This document shows positions 10,134 to 20,386 of a stretch of 57,310 bases of DNA, in pieces. A model generated the notes under the pieces. It was not told where the DNA came from. It searched no databases and saw only the letters and a program-made list of their open reading frames with translations. Every line of letters begins with the position of its first letter. Positions within the stretch are counted from its first letter, which is position 1. The stretch spans positions 1 through 57,310 of the forward strand of contig JAUYKA010000018.1 of assembly GCA_030698495.1 (NCBI GenBank), read 5' to 3'. Origin of the DNA: a bacterium (GTDB taxonomy: Bacteria; Patescibacteriota; Andersenbacteria; UBA10190). The translations under genes and the position numbers were made by a program.

Positions 10134-10915
10134 TGGGGGAGAGAAGTACTCTTTTATCCGACCCAAGCATTACTATTAGAAAAATAGATCTATCGAGATA
10201 TACATATCCCCACAAAACAGGGGAGAGAACTGTGCCTAAACCAGATAGAAGAATAAAAAAATGAGATACAAATAATTGCGTAGGGAAAAGCAAATTGAGA
10301 AGTTGACATGAATATGAAAAATGTTCGTGTCCTGTGGATAACATAAGGGGGAACATGCTAAGTTCGCAAAAGGTACATTGTGCGACGCATATATATTCCT
10401 ATGCGTTATTACTCGCTGCGCTCCTTGATGCCCTCGCTCTTGTCCCGTCCCTGCCTGTCTTATGTCTACCCCCTACTACCGCTCCCCTAAATTTCCCGGA
10501 TTTTTACACTCGCTTCTTTTATAGTGTATATCAGTAAAAAAGTTTACCTTCTCTATCAGAAAAATTTTACGATCATGATTATAATTATGACGCATTTAAA
10601 TCGCTTGTAAGAGATCTTCAGTATTCAGATACCCTTAACTTCATTCAATTAGCACCAGCGTAATTATAGAGCACGCTTATATGCATACCCACCGCTTCTC
10701 TTCCTGGGCATTCATACAAAACAAACTTTAATAATAAGTATTAGCTCTCGCGTTTTTATTTTTTACACTACCTCTTAGCACGTTTGCACGCATTGTTTTT
10801 TGTCTTTTTTGCGTATTTAACTAAAATGTATCCAGATAAAACATCAGGCCAGACCCAAGAAGCGTCGCACAATATAAAGTAGTAAGCAGACAAGAATTAT
10901 ACTAAGCTACAATAT

Positions 10916-11332
10916 ATGGCCAATACTCCCGAAGCGCCTCGTCAGAAATTTCTATTCAACACCGGCGACGGCGACGATAATGAACCAACTCCTATCCCCT
11001 CCTCGGAACCAACTTTAAAGGCTAAGGAACAATTATTATTGGATTTTTTAAATTTATTGCGCCATCAAGCGAAACGGTCGGAATGGGAAAACCTGCCCGA
11101 TCAAAAAAACAGAAACGCCGACTTGGCCAGGGCAGATCTCCAAGATAATAATAGCCGACCGACCAAAAAAAATATCAACGTCAACCACCATCCTTCTTCC
11201 AGTCTTTATGCTTCCCTGCTTAGAGAAGATCCCGCCACTATGTCCGAAGAAAGATATCGTGAACTTCAAGAAGAATTTAACTTCTTTCAGGATTTATTTA
11301 ACCACCAAAGAAAAAAGCCCCGGCCGCGCTAG
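10916..11332 (+). CDS. Hypothetical protein
   Basis: 138-aa hydrophilic ORF filling the gap. Confidence 0.6.
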   Translation: MANTPEAPRQKFLFNTGDGDDNEPTPIPSSEPTLKAKEQLLLDFLNLLRHQAKRSEWENLPDQKNRNADLARADLQDNNSRPTKKNINVNHHPSSSLYASLLREDPATMSEERYRELQEEFNFFQDLFNHQRKKPRPR

Positions 11333-11363
11333 CTCTCCCCTGCTCTGTCCCTTATATCAACAC

Positions 11364-11582
11364 TCAAACTAAATTAGCCGCTCGCCCCAACGCCCACAAC
11401 GCGCCCAAAATTACTACCGCCAGTAAAATCAGCAGAATAAACCACTTCAGGGTTTTAAAAATGAAGCGGGACATTAGCGCCGTTACTACCGTCGCGATAA
11501 TTCCAATCGCATACCATTTATATGGTCCCTCAATATCGGTGACAAAGCTAATCGCTTGTTTCAGTAATTCTTGTTGATCCAT
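11364..11582 (-). CDS. Small two-TM membrane protein
   Basis: Two hydrophobic segments; co-oriented with the upstream operon. Confidence 0.7.
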   Translation of the reverse strand: MDQQELLKQAISFVTDIEGPYKWYAIGIIATVVTALMSRFIFKTLKWFILLILLAVVILGALWALGRAANLV

Positions 11583-11591
11583 AAGCTTAAC

Positions 11592-11720
11592 TTATTCATG
11601 CCTGAATATTTCATGCCACAACAAACGCAGAATATAAAAGATCGCGTAAAAAGGACCCCAAAGCGGTACGAGAGACGTAACCACTCTATCAAATACCTTA
11701 TCCGGATCAAAGCGTGCCAT
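11592..11720 (-). CDS. Small hydrophobic protein (42 aa), absent from the ORF track
   Basis: MARFDPDKVFDRVVTSLVPLWGPFYAIFYILRLLWHEIFRHE; start overlaps the upstream stop (TAATG). Confidence 0.55.
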   Translation of the reverse strand: MARFDPDKVFDRVVTSLVPLWGPFYAIFYILRLLWHEIFRHE

Positions 11721-12922
11721 TACAAATACTTACGCGCATTAACCGGCTGACCGTTTTCTCTCACCTCAAAATGCAAATGAGGTCCTGTGGAAAGTCCGGC
11801 GCCGTTCATTCCCGGTGCCCCGCCGGTATAGCCGATGACAGTACCCCTGGTTACCGTCTGACCTTCGCTAACCGCAAATCCGGATACGTGACCATATACC
11901 GTAGAAACATTACCTCCATGCAGTAACATAATATAGCTATACCCCGGTCCCTTGGCGTCATAAACCTTGGCCACATACCCGTCTGCGGGCGCTTTAATAG
12001 CCGTACCTACATATGCCGGAATATCCATGCCGCTATGGGGGCCGATTAAATAAGCGAATGGATAGTCCGTGCAGTGAAACTCGCAGGCAATGCCGAATTC
12101 CGGACTCACCGGCCAATCCATTATGCCCACGCTGGGTAAATTACCGTAGCCTTGCTTTTCCAGCTCTTCCCGTAGTTGCGCGTCAATCCGGCTCATTTCC
12201 GCTTGCGCCTGTTCATGGGTAGCCTGCGCTTCTTTTAGTAAAGACTGATATTGCTGTTCCTGCTGATTGGTTAAATCAAGAATCCTGGCCTTGGATTGCT
12301 TCTCGTCGCCAAGTTCCTTTTGCTCGCCCTCCTGTCTGGCACGCAGGGCATCCAGCGTTTGTTTAAAGTCATTCAAATCGCGCCGTTTGGCATCCAACTC
12401 ATCGCGCAACTGTTGAATAGCTACCAGCGTCTCCTGTCCCCTATTCTGCAACTCTTCAAAAGTTTGCGCCTCGTTTACCGCTTGGGAAAAAGTTTGATAT
12501 TTCAAAAATACCGTCACGGAAGATTGCTGATCCAGATCATGCATTTGCCTGATGTATCCCGCCAGGCGGTCTTTTTGAATTTTTATCTCCGCTTCCTTCT
12601 CGTCAATTTCCTGATTAACCTCGTCAATTTCCAGCGAAGTCTTTTCTATTTCCAGTAACGTTCGCGATAAACCCAGCTCCAGTTCGTTTATATTATCATC
12701 AAGAATCCCGATCTGATCCTGCAATGTGCGCGCTTCCTGTTTTTTTACCTGTACCTGTTCCTTGAATTGACTGATTTTATCTTCTGCCGCTTTTAACTCG
12801 TTCTTTTTAGCCTCCAGCTGCTGGCGCAGCTCGTCCACGCTATCCGCTGCCGCCAAGCGGGGAACAAGCGTAACTGCCGTTACTGCCGCTAAACAAAATA
12901 ACACGAAAAATACCCGCCTCAT
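11720..12922 (-). CDS. M23 peptidoglycan endopeptidase with long coiled coil (EnvC/PcsB-like architecture)
   Basis: Signal peptide, coiled coil, HSGMD, YGH and STGPHLHFEVR. Confidence 0.92.
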   Translation of the reverse strand: MRRVFFVLFCLAAVTAVTLVPRLAAADSVDELRQQLEAKKNELKAAEDKISQFKEQVQVKKQEARTLQDQIGILDDNINELELGLSRTLLEIEKTSLEIDEVNQEIDEKEAEIKIQKDRLAGYIRQMHDLDQQSSVTVFLKYQTFSQAVNEAQTFEELQNRGQETLVAIQQLRDELDAKRRDLNDFKQTLDALRARQEGEQKELGDEKQSKARILDLTNQQEQQYQSLLKEAQATHEQAQAEMSRIDAQLREELEKQGYGNLPSVGIMDWPVSPEFGIACEFHCTDYPFAYLIGPHSGMDIPAYVGTAIKAPADGYVAKVYDAKGPGYSYIMLLHGGNVSTVYGHVSGFAVSEGQTVTRGTVIGYTGGAPGMNGAGLSTGPHLHFEVRENGQPVNARKYL

Positions 12923-12938
12923 GATATGAATTTATCGG

Positions 12939-13031
12939 TCAGGGTAAAAAAGCGAAAAAAACCATGCCCAAGGCGATTATGGCCGTAAGCACAATATAAG
13001 TGATGCGCTGCCAACGCTTTAAATGACTCAT
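12939..13031 (-). CDS. Small single-TM peptide (30 aa), absent from the ORF track
   Basis: MSHLKRWQRITYIVLTAIIALGMVFFAFLP fills the gltX-M23 gap; basic N-terminus followed by a TM. Confidence 0.5.
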   Translation of the reverse strand: MSHLKRWQRITYIVLTAIIALGMVFFAFLP

Positions 13032-13049
13032 AGCTTTAAGTATAAATAA

Positions 13050-14399
13050 TTATACTCCTCTTGTTATCTTTTTAAACGCCCCATCCAGTCTTTCCAGCGT
13101 CCGAGCTTTCCCTAAAACTGCAGCCGTCTCAAACGGACCCGGCGAATTTTCCCGTCCTGTCAACGCTACCCGCAACGGCCACAACGTGTTGCCGCGCTTT
13201 AACCCCTTCTCTTCAACCCAACTCATTAGCGTGTCTTTTAAAGTTTGTTCCGTCCAGACATTATCACCTAATTCATCCAAAAAATCCTTTAACTGTCCGA
13301 TTATCTCTTTCGTTTCCTTCTCGTTACTGTCCCGCCACACCAGAAGACTTGGTGAATAATCACCCGGCCAGTCCGGACTAAAAAAAGACACTCCCGACGC
13401 CAGCTCTTCTAAGGTAGCCGCCCTGGCTTGCTCTACCGCTAAGGCGTCCCGCCAATACCGTTCGTCATCTATAATGTAACCCGCTTTTTTCAACCACGGA
13501 CGGGCTTTTTCCAGCAATTCCTCCCGCGTCAATTGCCGCAAATAATGTTTATTAAATGCCCCCAATTTTGTTTCATCAAAAATAGCCCCGCCTTTTTGTA
13601 CGCCCGCCAGTTCAAACTTTTCTCGAAGCTGGTCGTGGCTGAAAAACTCCTCGTCACTCTTGGGATTCCAACCCAGCAATGCCAAATAATTAAGCATAGC
13701 TTCCGGTAAAAACCCCCGATCACGATACGCCAGTAAGTTTACTTCACCGGTTCGTTTAGAAAGCTTACGTCTGCTTTTATCCAGCAATAAAGGTAAATGA
13801 GCATATTGCGGCATCGGCAAACCCAATGCCCGCTGCAGCAAAATATGCCGGGCGGTATTAGTCAAGTGATCTTCTCCTCGGATAACATGACTGATTGCTT
13901 GCGCCGCGTCATCTACAACCACCGCCAAATGAAAAACGGGATCGTCCAGAGAACGGGCAATCACAAAATCACCCCCCCATGTTTCTGGATTTACTGTAAC
14001 CTCTCCCCTTATTAAATCATTAAAAACGACATCTTCCGGCGGCACTCTCAGCCTGATCGCTTCACCATCTTCAACCGGATAAGCGCTGTCTTGTGCCAAT
14101 AATTTTTCCAAAGCACCCCGATACATTGCGCCGCGCTCCGATTGTCGGTATGGACCGAAATCGCCGCCGATATCCGGTCCTTCGTCCCAAGTCAAACCCA
14201 ACCAGCGCAGGCCGTCCAAAATTATCTGCTCATATTCTTTTTTGCTCCTTTCCCTATCGGTATCCTCAATTCTGACAATAAACTTGCCGCCCGTCTTACG
14301 GGCAAAAAGCTCGTTAAACAATGCTGTTCTGGCTGTGCCTATATGCATTAAGCCGGTTGGACTGGGAGCGATTCTCGTGCGAATCATTTTATCATCCAT
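13050..14399 (-). CDS. gltX: Glutamate--tRNA ligase
   Basis: RIAPSPTGLMHIG, RIEDTD, IRGEDH and KLSKR. Confidence 0.97.
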   Translation of the reverse strand: MDDKMIRTRIAPSPTGLMHIGTARTALFNELFARKTGGKFIVRIEDTDRERSKKEYEQIILDGLRWLGLTWDEGPDIGGDFGPYRQSERGAMYRGALEKLLAQDSAYPVEDGEAIRLRVPPEDVVFNDLIRGEVTVNPETWGGDFVIARSLDDPVFHLAVVVDDAAQAISHVIRGEDHLTNTARHILLQRALGLPMPQYAHLPLLLDKSRRKLSKRTGEVNLLAYRDRGFLPEAMLNYLALLGWNPKSDEEFFSHDQLREKFELAGVQKGGAIFDETKLGAFNKHYLRQLTREELLEKARPWLKKAGYIIDDERYWRDALAVEQARAATLEELASGVSFFSPDWPGDYSPSLLVWRDSNEKETKEIIGQLKDFLDELGDNVWTEQTLKDTLMSWVEEKGLKRGNTLWPLRVALTGRENSPGPFETAAVLGKARTLERLDGAFKKITRGV

Positions 14400-14982
14400 A
14401 CAAAAGTTTTTTTAAAGCCTGCTTCTTGGTTGCGTCAATCTGCGCTTCCAGTAATTTTATTCGCAGCATCCAGTCGCGCAATTTTATATTTTGTCCAAGT
14501 TGTAAAAACTCATCAAAACTGAATCGTACCGGAGATATTCTTTCCCCTGCTTCTAATTTGGGCTGCGTTACTTGTCTTACATCTCTGCCGACAAAAGCAT
14601 GTGTCAGCATATCCATCTTGGCGGAAGGACGATAAGAATGCCAATGAATTAAACTGCCCGCTTCGTAACCAGTTTCTTCTTTAAACTCTCGTGCCGCCGC
14701 TTGGTTTGGCTCCTCCCCCTCATCCACTCCCCCTCCCGCCGGCGTCAGTACTACCCCCCTATCCGGCTGCTCATCCTCAACTAATAAAACCCTTCCGTCC
14801 GGCTCCACGCCGATTACGTAAGCATAATCCTTGCGGGACATGCGCTCGAAAATATCTCTGCTACCGTCATAACACTCTTGCTCCCACTGCCAAACCGAGA
14901 CGGTTTTGCCGTGAAAAACCCGGTGCGCGTCAGACGGTATCGGTTTTACGCCAAAATCATTAATAGGCTGCAATTTAGTCAT
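14392..14982 (-). CDS. NUDIX hydrolase (ADP-ribose pyrophosphatase-like)
   Basis: Nudix box GGGVDEGEEPNQAAAREFKEETGY; start uncertain. Confidence 0.88.
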   Translation of the reverse strand: MTKLQPINDFGVKPIPSDAHRVFHGKTVSVWQWEQECYDGSRDIFERMSRKDYAYVIGVEPDGRVLLVEDEQPDRGVVLTPAGGGVDEGEEPNQAAAREFKEETGYEAGSLIHWHSYRPSAKMDMLTHAFVGRDVRQVTQPKLEAGERISPVRFSFDEFLQLGQNIKLRDWMLRIKLLEAQIDATKKQALKKLLYG

Positions 14983-15012
14983 ATTGCCATCATAGTGCCA
15001 ATACCCCCTCAA

Positions 15013-15043
15013 CGCAAAAACCCGCTGAATGCGGGTTTTTGCG
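15013..15043 (-). terminator. Intrinsic terminator (symmetric)
   Basis: cgcaaaaacccgc-tgaat-gcgggtttttgcg. Confidence 0.8.
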
Positions 15044-15059
15044 ATTACTCTTGCCGATT

Positions 15060-15662
15060 CTAGATAAACACGTAAGTGTACTGACTCAAATTCTGTAACT
15101 GCGCACTATTCAGATTTCCAGCCTCGTTTACCGCTTGAGCAGTCAAATCATAAGGTATTGTCATCGTTTGCCCCAGCGCCAGCGGCTGTGAACTCAAATT
15201 TTTGCGAATATAATCTTCTATATATATTCGGTGCTCGTTAGTAACATCATAACCGGCGGAATTTTCACTTAACCAGCGAGTCGTTGCCCGACGAGCCAGG
15301 TTTGTTACTCCATCTCCCGCTTGAGCTACTTCCGCGTAACCTTGGTCGTTTCGAGTGGCCTCTGGTAATTGCTGACTTTCCTGCGCCAACTGTTGAGGCG
15401 ATACCGATTCCATTGCTACCACCGCCGGCTCTTCGCCTGTCGTCTCTTCGCCGGTCGTCGCCTCGCTCTGTTCGTTCGTTTGCTCGCTGGCCACCTCCTC
15501 GTCAGTCGCCTGCTGGTCACTGGTATCACTTTGTTTATTTCCGGAGAAAGCGTAAACTGCCGCGGCCACAATCAGAATAATAATCAGCGCTGAAACCGTC
15601 CGCGGTGATTCTTTAATTCTCTCCACTAGACCCTTTGGCTCTACTTCATAATCTTCAGCCAT
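15060..15662 (-). CDS. Membrane-anchored hypothetical protein
   Basis: Perfect SD AAGGAGGTGA 8 nt before ATG 15662; TM, acidic linker and a globular C-domain (AQAGDGVTNLARRA). Confidence 0.8.
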   Translation of the reverse strand: MAEDYEVEPKGLVERIKESPRTVSALIIILIVAAAVYAFSGNKQSDTSDQQATDEEVASEQTNEQSEATTGEETTGEEPAVVAMESVSPQQLAQESQQLPEATRNDQGYAEVAQAGDGVTNLARRATTRWLSENSAGYDVTNEHRIYIEDYIRKNLSSQPLALGQTMTIPYDLTAQAVNEAGNLNSAQLQNLSQYTYVFI

Positions 15663-15808
15663 AGCCCGACTCACCTCCTTCTTGTGATAAAATCCGGTAG
15701 CATAAAAAATCGACCATCATTTCACCCTATGTGGACAAAGCATTACCGTCAATCAAGGCCAGTTGTGCAAAAATCGATTATACCGCTTAACAAAGCAAAT
15801 ACAACAAT

Positions 15809-16612
15809 TTAAATCGCCTCGCTACTTTTCTGTTTTTGTTTATTGATTAACAAAGGAAACAAAACAGTCGCGCGCCAAATCCTTGGTAATCTTGCCGGCT
15901 CAAGCACTAACCGCCACAGCCACTCCGCGTTGAGGCGGCGAAATATATACGGCGCGCGCGGCTTTTCTTCCCCGATAATCGCGAACGCTCCGCCAACGCC
16001 TACGGCCACCCTAACTCCGCTTAAGGCGTTCCTGTTATTCTCCAACCATACGGTTTGCTTAGGCGCGCCGTAAGCTACCAATAACACTGCCGGCCTATTA
16101 TCTCTAATCGTCTGTAGAACATGTTCTGGACCATTTATATCATAACGGTGTGGCTTGGCGGTAACAATTTTCAAAGAGGGAAATTTGCGTCGCAATACCG
16201 TCGCTGTCTTATCGATCTGATGGCCTGTTCCCCCCACTAATCCCAAACCCATATTTTTTTTAGCGCAAAGCTTGGCTAACTTTATTACCAACTCAACCCC
16301 CGTCACTCTTTCCGCACTGACAAACGGAAACGCTAATAGACTGGGCCACAGCGACCAAAATTGCGAACGAATATACCACCGCGCCCAAATTAGACCCGCC
16401 CCGTCGGGAACACGCAAATCCGCTCCGGCAACCGCCGCGGCAAACTTCCGGTCCCGCTCGGCCAGCATAACCATTTCCGGATTTAATGTCACCACATGGT
16501 GTAACTTGTCCTTTTCCAGCCAACTTTCAGCCAAAGCTAAAAAATCAGGCAGGCGCATAAAATCGCATTTAGTCTGACCCAGGAATAAACTTTCAATTCT
16601 CTCCATATTCAA
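15809..16612 (-). CDS. WecB/TagA/CpsF glycosyltransferase
   Basis: VVTLNPEM, VPDGAG, RVTGVEL, GAPKQ, GVGGAF and EWLWRL..P.R. Confidence 0.93.
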   Translation of the reverse strand: MNMERIESLFLGQTKCDFMRLPDFLALAESWLEKDKLHHVVTLNPEMVMLAERDRKFAAAVAGADLRVPDGAGLIWARWYIRSQFWSLWPSLLAFPFVSAERVTGVELVIKLAKLCAKKNMGLGLVGGTGHQIDKTATVLRRKFPSLKIVTAKPHRYDINGPEHVLQTIRDNRPAVLLVAYGAPKQTVWLENNRNALSGVRVAVGVGGAFAIIGEEKPRAPYIFRRLNAEWLWRLVLEPARLPRIWRATVLFPLLINKQKQKSSEAI

Positions 16613-16615
16613 GGG

Positions 16616-17191
16616 CTAATCGGATAATAATATTGTTCCCAACACCTCATATACGGACCCGCCTGGTGTTAAGCAACTGCGGTAAATTTTAGCCTCCTTA
16701 ACCGCAAAGTTAACCATTGCCGGTTCGTCGGCTAAACCTATGCCTCCCGCCATGCCAAAAAGATCCGCCACATGAATATGCGGTACATACTGGCGTTGTC
16801 TGATTTTACCCAGATCCGGAAAACGCATTGTTCCCAACCGGTCGAAAATCTGATCCCGAATACCTGTTAACACCGTTGCCGGATCAACATACGCCCATAA
16901 CTGCGATCGCTGTAACCCCCGCCCCACATGGTTAACTCTAATAGTCGGTACAAAACCTTGCCGCATGTTTCTTGTTAACCGCGACAAATATTGTTTTGGG
17001 TTCTCCACTTCTCCCAACCAAGCCAGCGTCACGTGCCATTTATTGTCAGGCGTAACTTGTTTAATATACTGCGGATACTCACCCAACGACCGTCTGATAA
17101 TCCTTACAGCTGTTTCCGGTACATCTACAGCCACAAAAACTCTCTCATTGGCTACTACAGGGGTTTTAATCCCCATTATAAGATCCTTCAT
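16616..17191 (-). CDS. 2H phosphoesterase (ThpR/LigT-like RNA 2',3'-cyclic phosphodiesterase)
   Basis: RVFVAV, WHVTLAWLG, YVPHIHVA and YRS.LTPGGSVY. Confidence 0.8.
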   Translation of the reverse strand: MKDLIMGIKTPVVANERVFVAVDVPETAVRIIRRSLGEYPQYIKQVTPDNKWHVTLAWLGEVENPKQYLSRLTRNMRQGFVPTIRVNHVGRGLQRSQLWAYVDPATVLTGIRDQIFDRLGTMRFPDLGKIRQRQYVPHIHVADLFGMAGGIGLADEPAMVNFAVKEAKIYRSCLTPGGSVYEVLGTILLSD

Positions 17192-17311
17192 AATATGTTT
17201 CTACTGTAGGCAATGTCTTCTCAATCAGCAAGGCCTCCCTAATTTGTAGTCCTCTGCTGTCCCGTAAGCTTATGCTACAATAACCCTATTATATTCTTAG
17301 GGGGATTTTTC

Positions 17312-17815
17312 ATGTATGGAAAACTAGCTAAACAAGCGGCCGAATATCTGGTTAAAAGCGGTAATATTTTGCCTTTTCCCGGTGTTTTGCTTCCTGACCT
17401 GCGCCGCCAGCGCGCTTGTTACGTATCGATTATAGAAAATCCCGGTCGACGCTTGCGCTCAATGTCCGGCTCCGTTCTACCCCAAACTCCAAACCTGGCC
17501 GCCGAAATCATTCACAATACATCCAATGCCCTCTCTGCTTGCCGCATTACTCGTCCCGATTTGCCTAACCTGCGTTACAGCGTAGCCTTACTTGGGACGC
17601 TGCAGCGCATTAGTGACCCATCCCATTTAAACCCGTCTTTGTATGGCCTCTATGTTACTTCCGACCGCGGTAAGTCCGCCCTCTTACTCCCTAACCGTGC
17701 CGGCATAGAAACCGCGGACGACCAAATTGCCACCGCTCTTCGCGAAGCAGGCATACTAACTCGTTACGAATCATATAGTCTTTACCGTTTCGACGTTTCT
17801 TATGACGATGCATAG
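17312..17815 (+). CDS. AMMECR1-domain protein
   Basis: ACYVSI...LRSMSG..P, YSVALL, YGLYV and ALLLP...GIET. Confidence 0.8.
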   Translation: MYGKLAKQAAEYLVKSGNILPFPGVLLPDLRRQRACYVSIIENPGRRLRSMSGSVLPQTPNLAAEIIHNTSNALSACRITRPDLPNLRYSVALLGTLQRISDPSHLNPSLYGLYVTSDRGKSALLLPNRAGIETADDQIATALREAGILTRYESYSLYRFDVSYDDA

Positions 17816-17866
17816 ATTCTTCTAGAGTCTCGCCAGGACTCTACCTTGCCGATACACTGTGGAGAT

Positions 17867-19768
17867 ATGAACAAAATCACCCACCAGCCTATTTATGCCG
17901 ACGTAGCTCCATCTATACCCCTCTCTCCGTTGGGTAGACAAAGCTATACATACAAATTTTCCGGCAATCTTCCAACCGCCAATATATTACACCGCATTGT
18001 GAACATCCCCTTCGGTCCGCGTGTAATACCCGCCGTTGTACTCAAAACACACACCAGGGCATCAGTTAAGCCCCCCAAAACAGCCGTTTTACCTCATTTC
18101 CCCGTTTTTCTTACCCGCCGGCAAATACAATTCGCGCAAATCATCAGCTTAATTTCCCACGGTGGCTTGGGGTACACCTTGCGCCTCTTTTTTCCGGCCA
18201 ACATTAACAATCCCGCCCCGACAGATCAAGCTCTCTCAACCTATCGACCCTCTCGGCGCTTAACCAAACAGACGGCCGCCCCTCTTAAACCCGGCGGTGT
18301 CCATTCGTTATTGGAATCCAACCGCCTTTCTCGCTGGCGGGAATTTATACGCTTAGCTCAAATTACTTTGGGCCAAAACCAATCTGTCCTTATATTGGTA
18401 CCGGAAATATGGCTGGCCGAAGAATTAACAAAATATTTTCGCCGCTCTCTCCCGGATCAAACCGCTATTCTGCATAGCGGCCTTGGCGCCAGCGCCGGTG
18501 ACAATATCTGGCACTTGCTTTCTCGCAGTGAACGCGGACAAGTTATTATCGGCACGCAAAAAGCTCTTTTTCTACCCTGGCGACGCCTGGGCTTAATTAT
18601 TGTTGAAGAAGAATCATGGCCGGCGCACAAACTGTGGGATGCTTATCCTAAACTGGACAATCGATGGGCCGCCGCGCAGCTGGCTCAAATTCATAAAGCG
18701 CCGCTGATATACAGCGGTAGTTTTCCCTCTTTGGCTCTTTATTATTCCATTAAAAACAAAACAGTATCGGTACTGCGCGACAATCCTCAAAAAATAGCCG
18801 TCAATATTATTTATCCTTCCCCGTCGGACTATCAGAAAAAACTGCTTCTACCTAATCAATTCATTACCCAACTTAAAACCTGGCGCCGCCGCGGCAGTGT
18901 TTTTGTTTTATATAATCGCCGCGGATTTTGGGCGCACCTGTCCTGCACGTCTTGCCACCACGTCTTAAGATGCCCTACGTGCGAAGCTGTTCTGGCCGTA
19001 CCCGGCACTAAAAAAACCAACCAGCTTTTATGTCGGCAATGCGGCTGGCAAGGCGACGTGCCTCTCACCTGCCCCGAATGCGGTCAAAAAAAACTTCGCC
19101 GGGCAATTGCCGGCGCTAACCAAATCGCCGCTATTCTCAACCAAACAATTCCTAACGCCACTGTCAAAGTTTTGGACGCCGGTTCTGTTCGTAAAAAAGA
19201 CCATTTCTTTTCCCTGCTCGTACCGGGCAACATCTATCTTGGTACCACCGCGGCCTTTAAGCATATCGCGGCACGCACCGTTGACCGCGTTGCTTTTCTT
19301 TTGCCGGAAATGTCTCTTAATTATCCCGACTACCGTAGTCACGAACGTGCCGTCCTGCTAATTTCCCGCCTCCAATCTATTACTAAAGCTTCGCGTCCTG
19401 TAACACTCATCACTCGTCACCCTCGCCTGATTCAGGACGCCATTTCCTCCGGCATGCATACCTGGTACAACAAACAGCTTGCCGAAAGACGACGCCTCCA
19501 CTATCCTCCCTATAGCGATATGGTCCGCTTAACCGTTACCGCGCCCACGGACAAACAAGCGCAAAAAAAGGCTGTCGCCGTCCGCCACCGCCTAACCGCT
19601 GATAATCCCGAAATTATTACGCGCGGTCCGTTCGCCGGTTTTCATCCCGTCCGCCGGCGCCGCCGCGCCGCCCACCTAATCCTGCTGGGGGACGTTAAAA
19701 AAATGGCCGAAGCCTACCGCCATTTACCCGTCGATGCGGCCGATCTTTTTCCGCAGGATATTCTTTAG
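17867..19768 (+). CDS. priA: Primosomal protein N' with degenerate helicase motifs
   Basis: LVPEI, ILHSGL, IIGT..ALFLP, NRRG, four CxxC zinc pairs and LHYPPY; GGAG SD before 17867. Confidence 0.88.
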   Translation: MNKITHQPIYADVAPSIPLSPLGRQSYTYKFSGNLPTANILHRIVNIPFGPRVIPAVVLKTHTRASVKPPKTAVLPHFPVFLTRRQIQFAQIISLISHGGLGYTLRLFFPANINNPAPTDQALSTYRPSRRLTKQTAAPLKPGGVHSLLESNRLSRWREFIRLAQITLGQNQSVLILVPEIWLAEELTKYFRRSLPDQTAILHSGLGASAGDNIWHLLSRSERGQVIIGTQKALFLPWRRLGLIIVEEESWPAHKLWDAYPKLDNRWAAAQLAQIHKAPLIYSGSFPSLALYYSIKNKTVSVLRDNPQKIAVNIIYPSPSDYQKKLLLPNQFITQLKTWRRRGSVFVLYNRRGFWAHLSCTSCHHVLRCPTCEAVLAVPGTKKTNQLLCRQCGWQGDVPLTCPECGQKKLRRAIAGANQIAAILNQTIPNATVKVLDAGSVRKKDHFFSLLVPGNIYLGTTAAFKHIAARTVDRVAFLLPEMSLNYPDYRSHERAVLLISRLQSITKASRPVTLITRHPRLIQDAISSGMHTWYNKQLAERRRLHYPPYSDMVRLTVTAPTDKQAQKKAVAVRHRLTADNPEIITRGPFAGFHPVRRRRRAAHLILLGDVKKMAEAYRHLPVDAADLFPQDIL

Positions 19769-19899
19769 AAAACTAATAGTCAACCCCTAGTTGTGATAAA
19801 ACACAAACATTAAAGCTAATATCGCTATTAACACAACCTGCACAAAAAACCTTTGTTTCCCCGTATAAAACGGCGGCGGACTGGCTGGCTCCATAACCG

Positions 19900-20379
19900 C
19901 TAAAAAACTTTTGCCCTGTCCGCCGTGCTTGCTCTGACAGTCAGCGGCAAAGTAGTGATACCGCCGCCCGGCTTGAATAATTGCAGCACATATTCACCCG
20001 ATTCTTCCACTTGCCAACAGCAGAATCTGTTTTCACCGCCGCTAAGTGTTATTTGGTTGGGGCTAAGATTGGTAATCTGCCCCGCACTATTTAATAATCG
20101 TGCCGGCATAACCGCTTTTTGTCCTGAATCAGCCTCGGCCATTATCCGCAAACCAATTTGATCGGTTGTGTAAAAGTCCTTTGTCTCCTTTATTGCTTGT
20201 GCACCGGATTTGCCGTCTGGAAATTGACCCAGAATAACTTCGTTTATGCGTACCGGCCGTGAAACGGACATTGATGATTTTTCTGCGCGCTCGCTCCAGT
20301 AAAAAGCTGTCACCACTCCCAGCCCTATTACCGCCACTGCTACCACAGCGCCGGCCGCCAGCCTTACTCCCGTTCTCAT
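19900..20379 (-). CDS. Membrane-anchored hypothetical protein (beta-rich)
   Basis: N-terminal TM; follows the transketolase genes. Confidence 0.7.
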   Translation of the reverse strand: MRTGVRLAAGAVVAVAVIGLGVVTAFYWSERAEKSSMSVSRPVRINEVILGQFPDGKSGAQAIKETKDFYTTDQIGLRIMAEADSGQKAVMPARLLNSAGQITNLSPNQITLSGGENRFCCWQVEESGEYVLQLFKPGGGITTLPLTVRASTADRAKVF

Positions 20380-20386
20380 AAATTCT

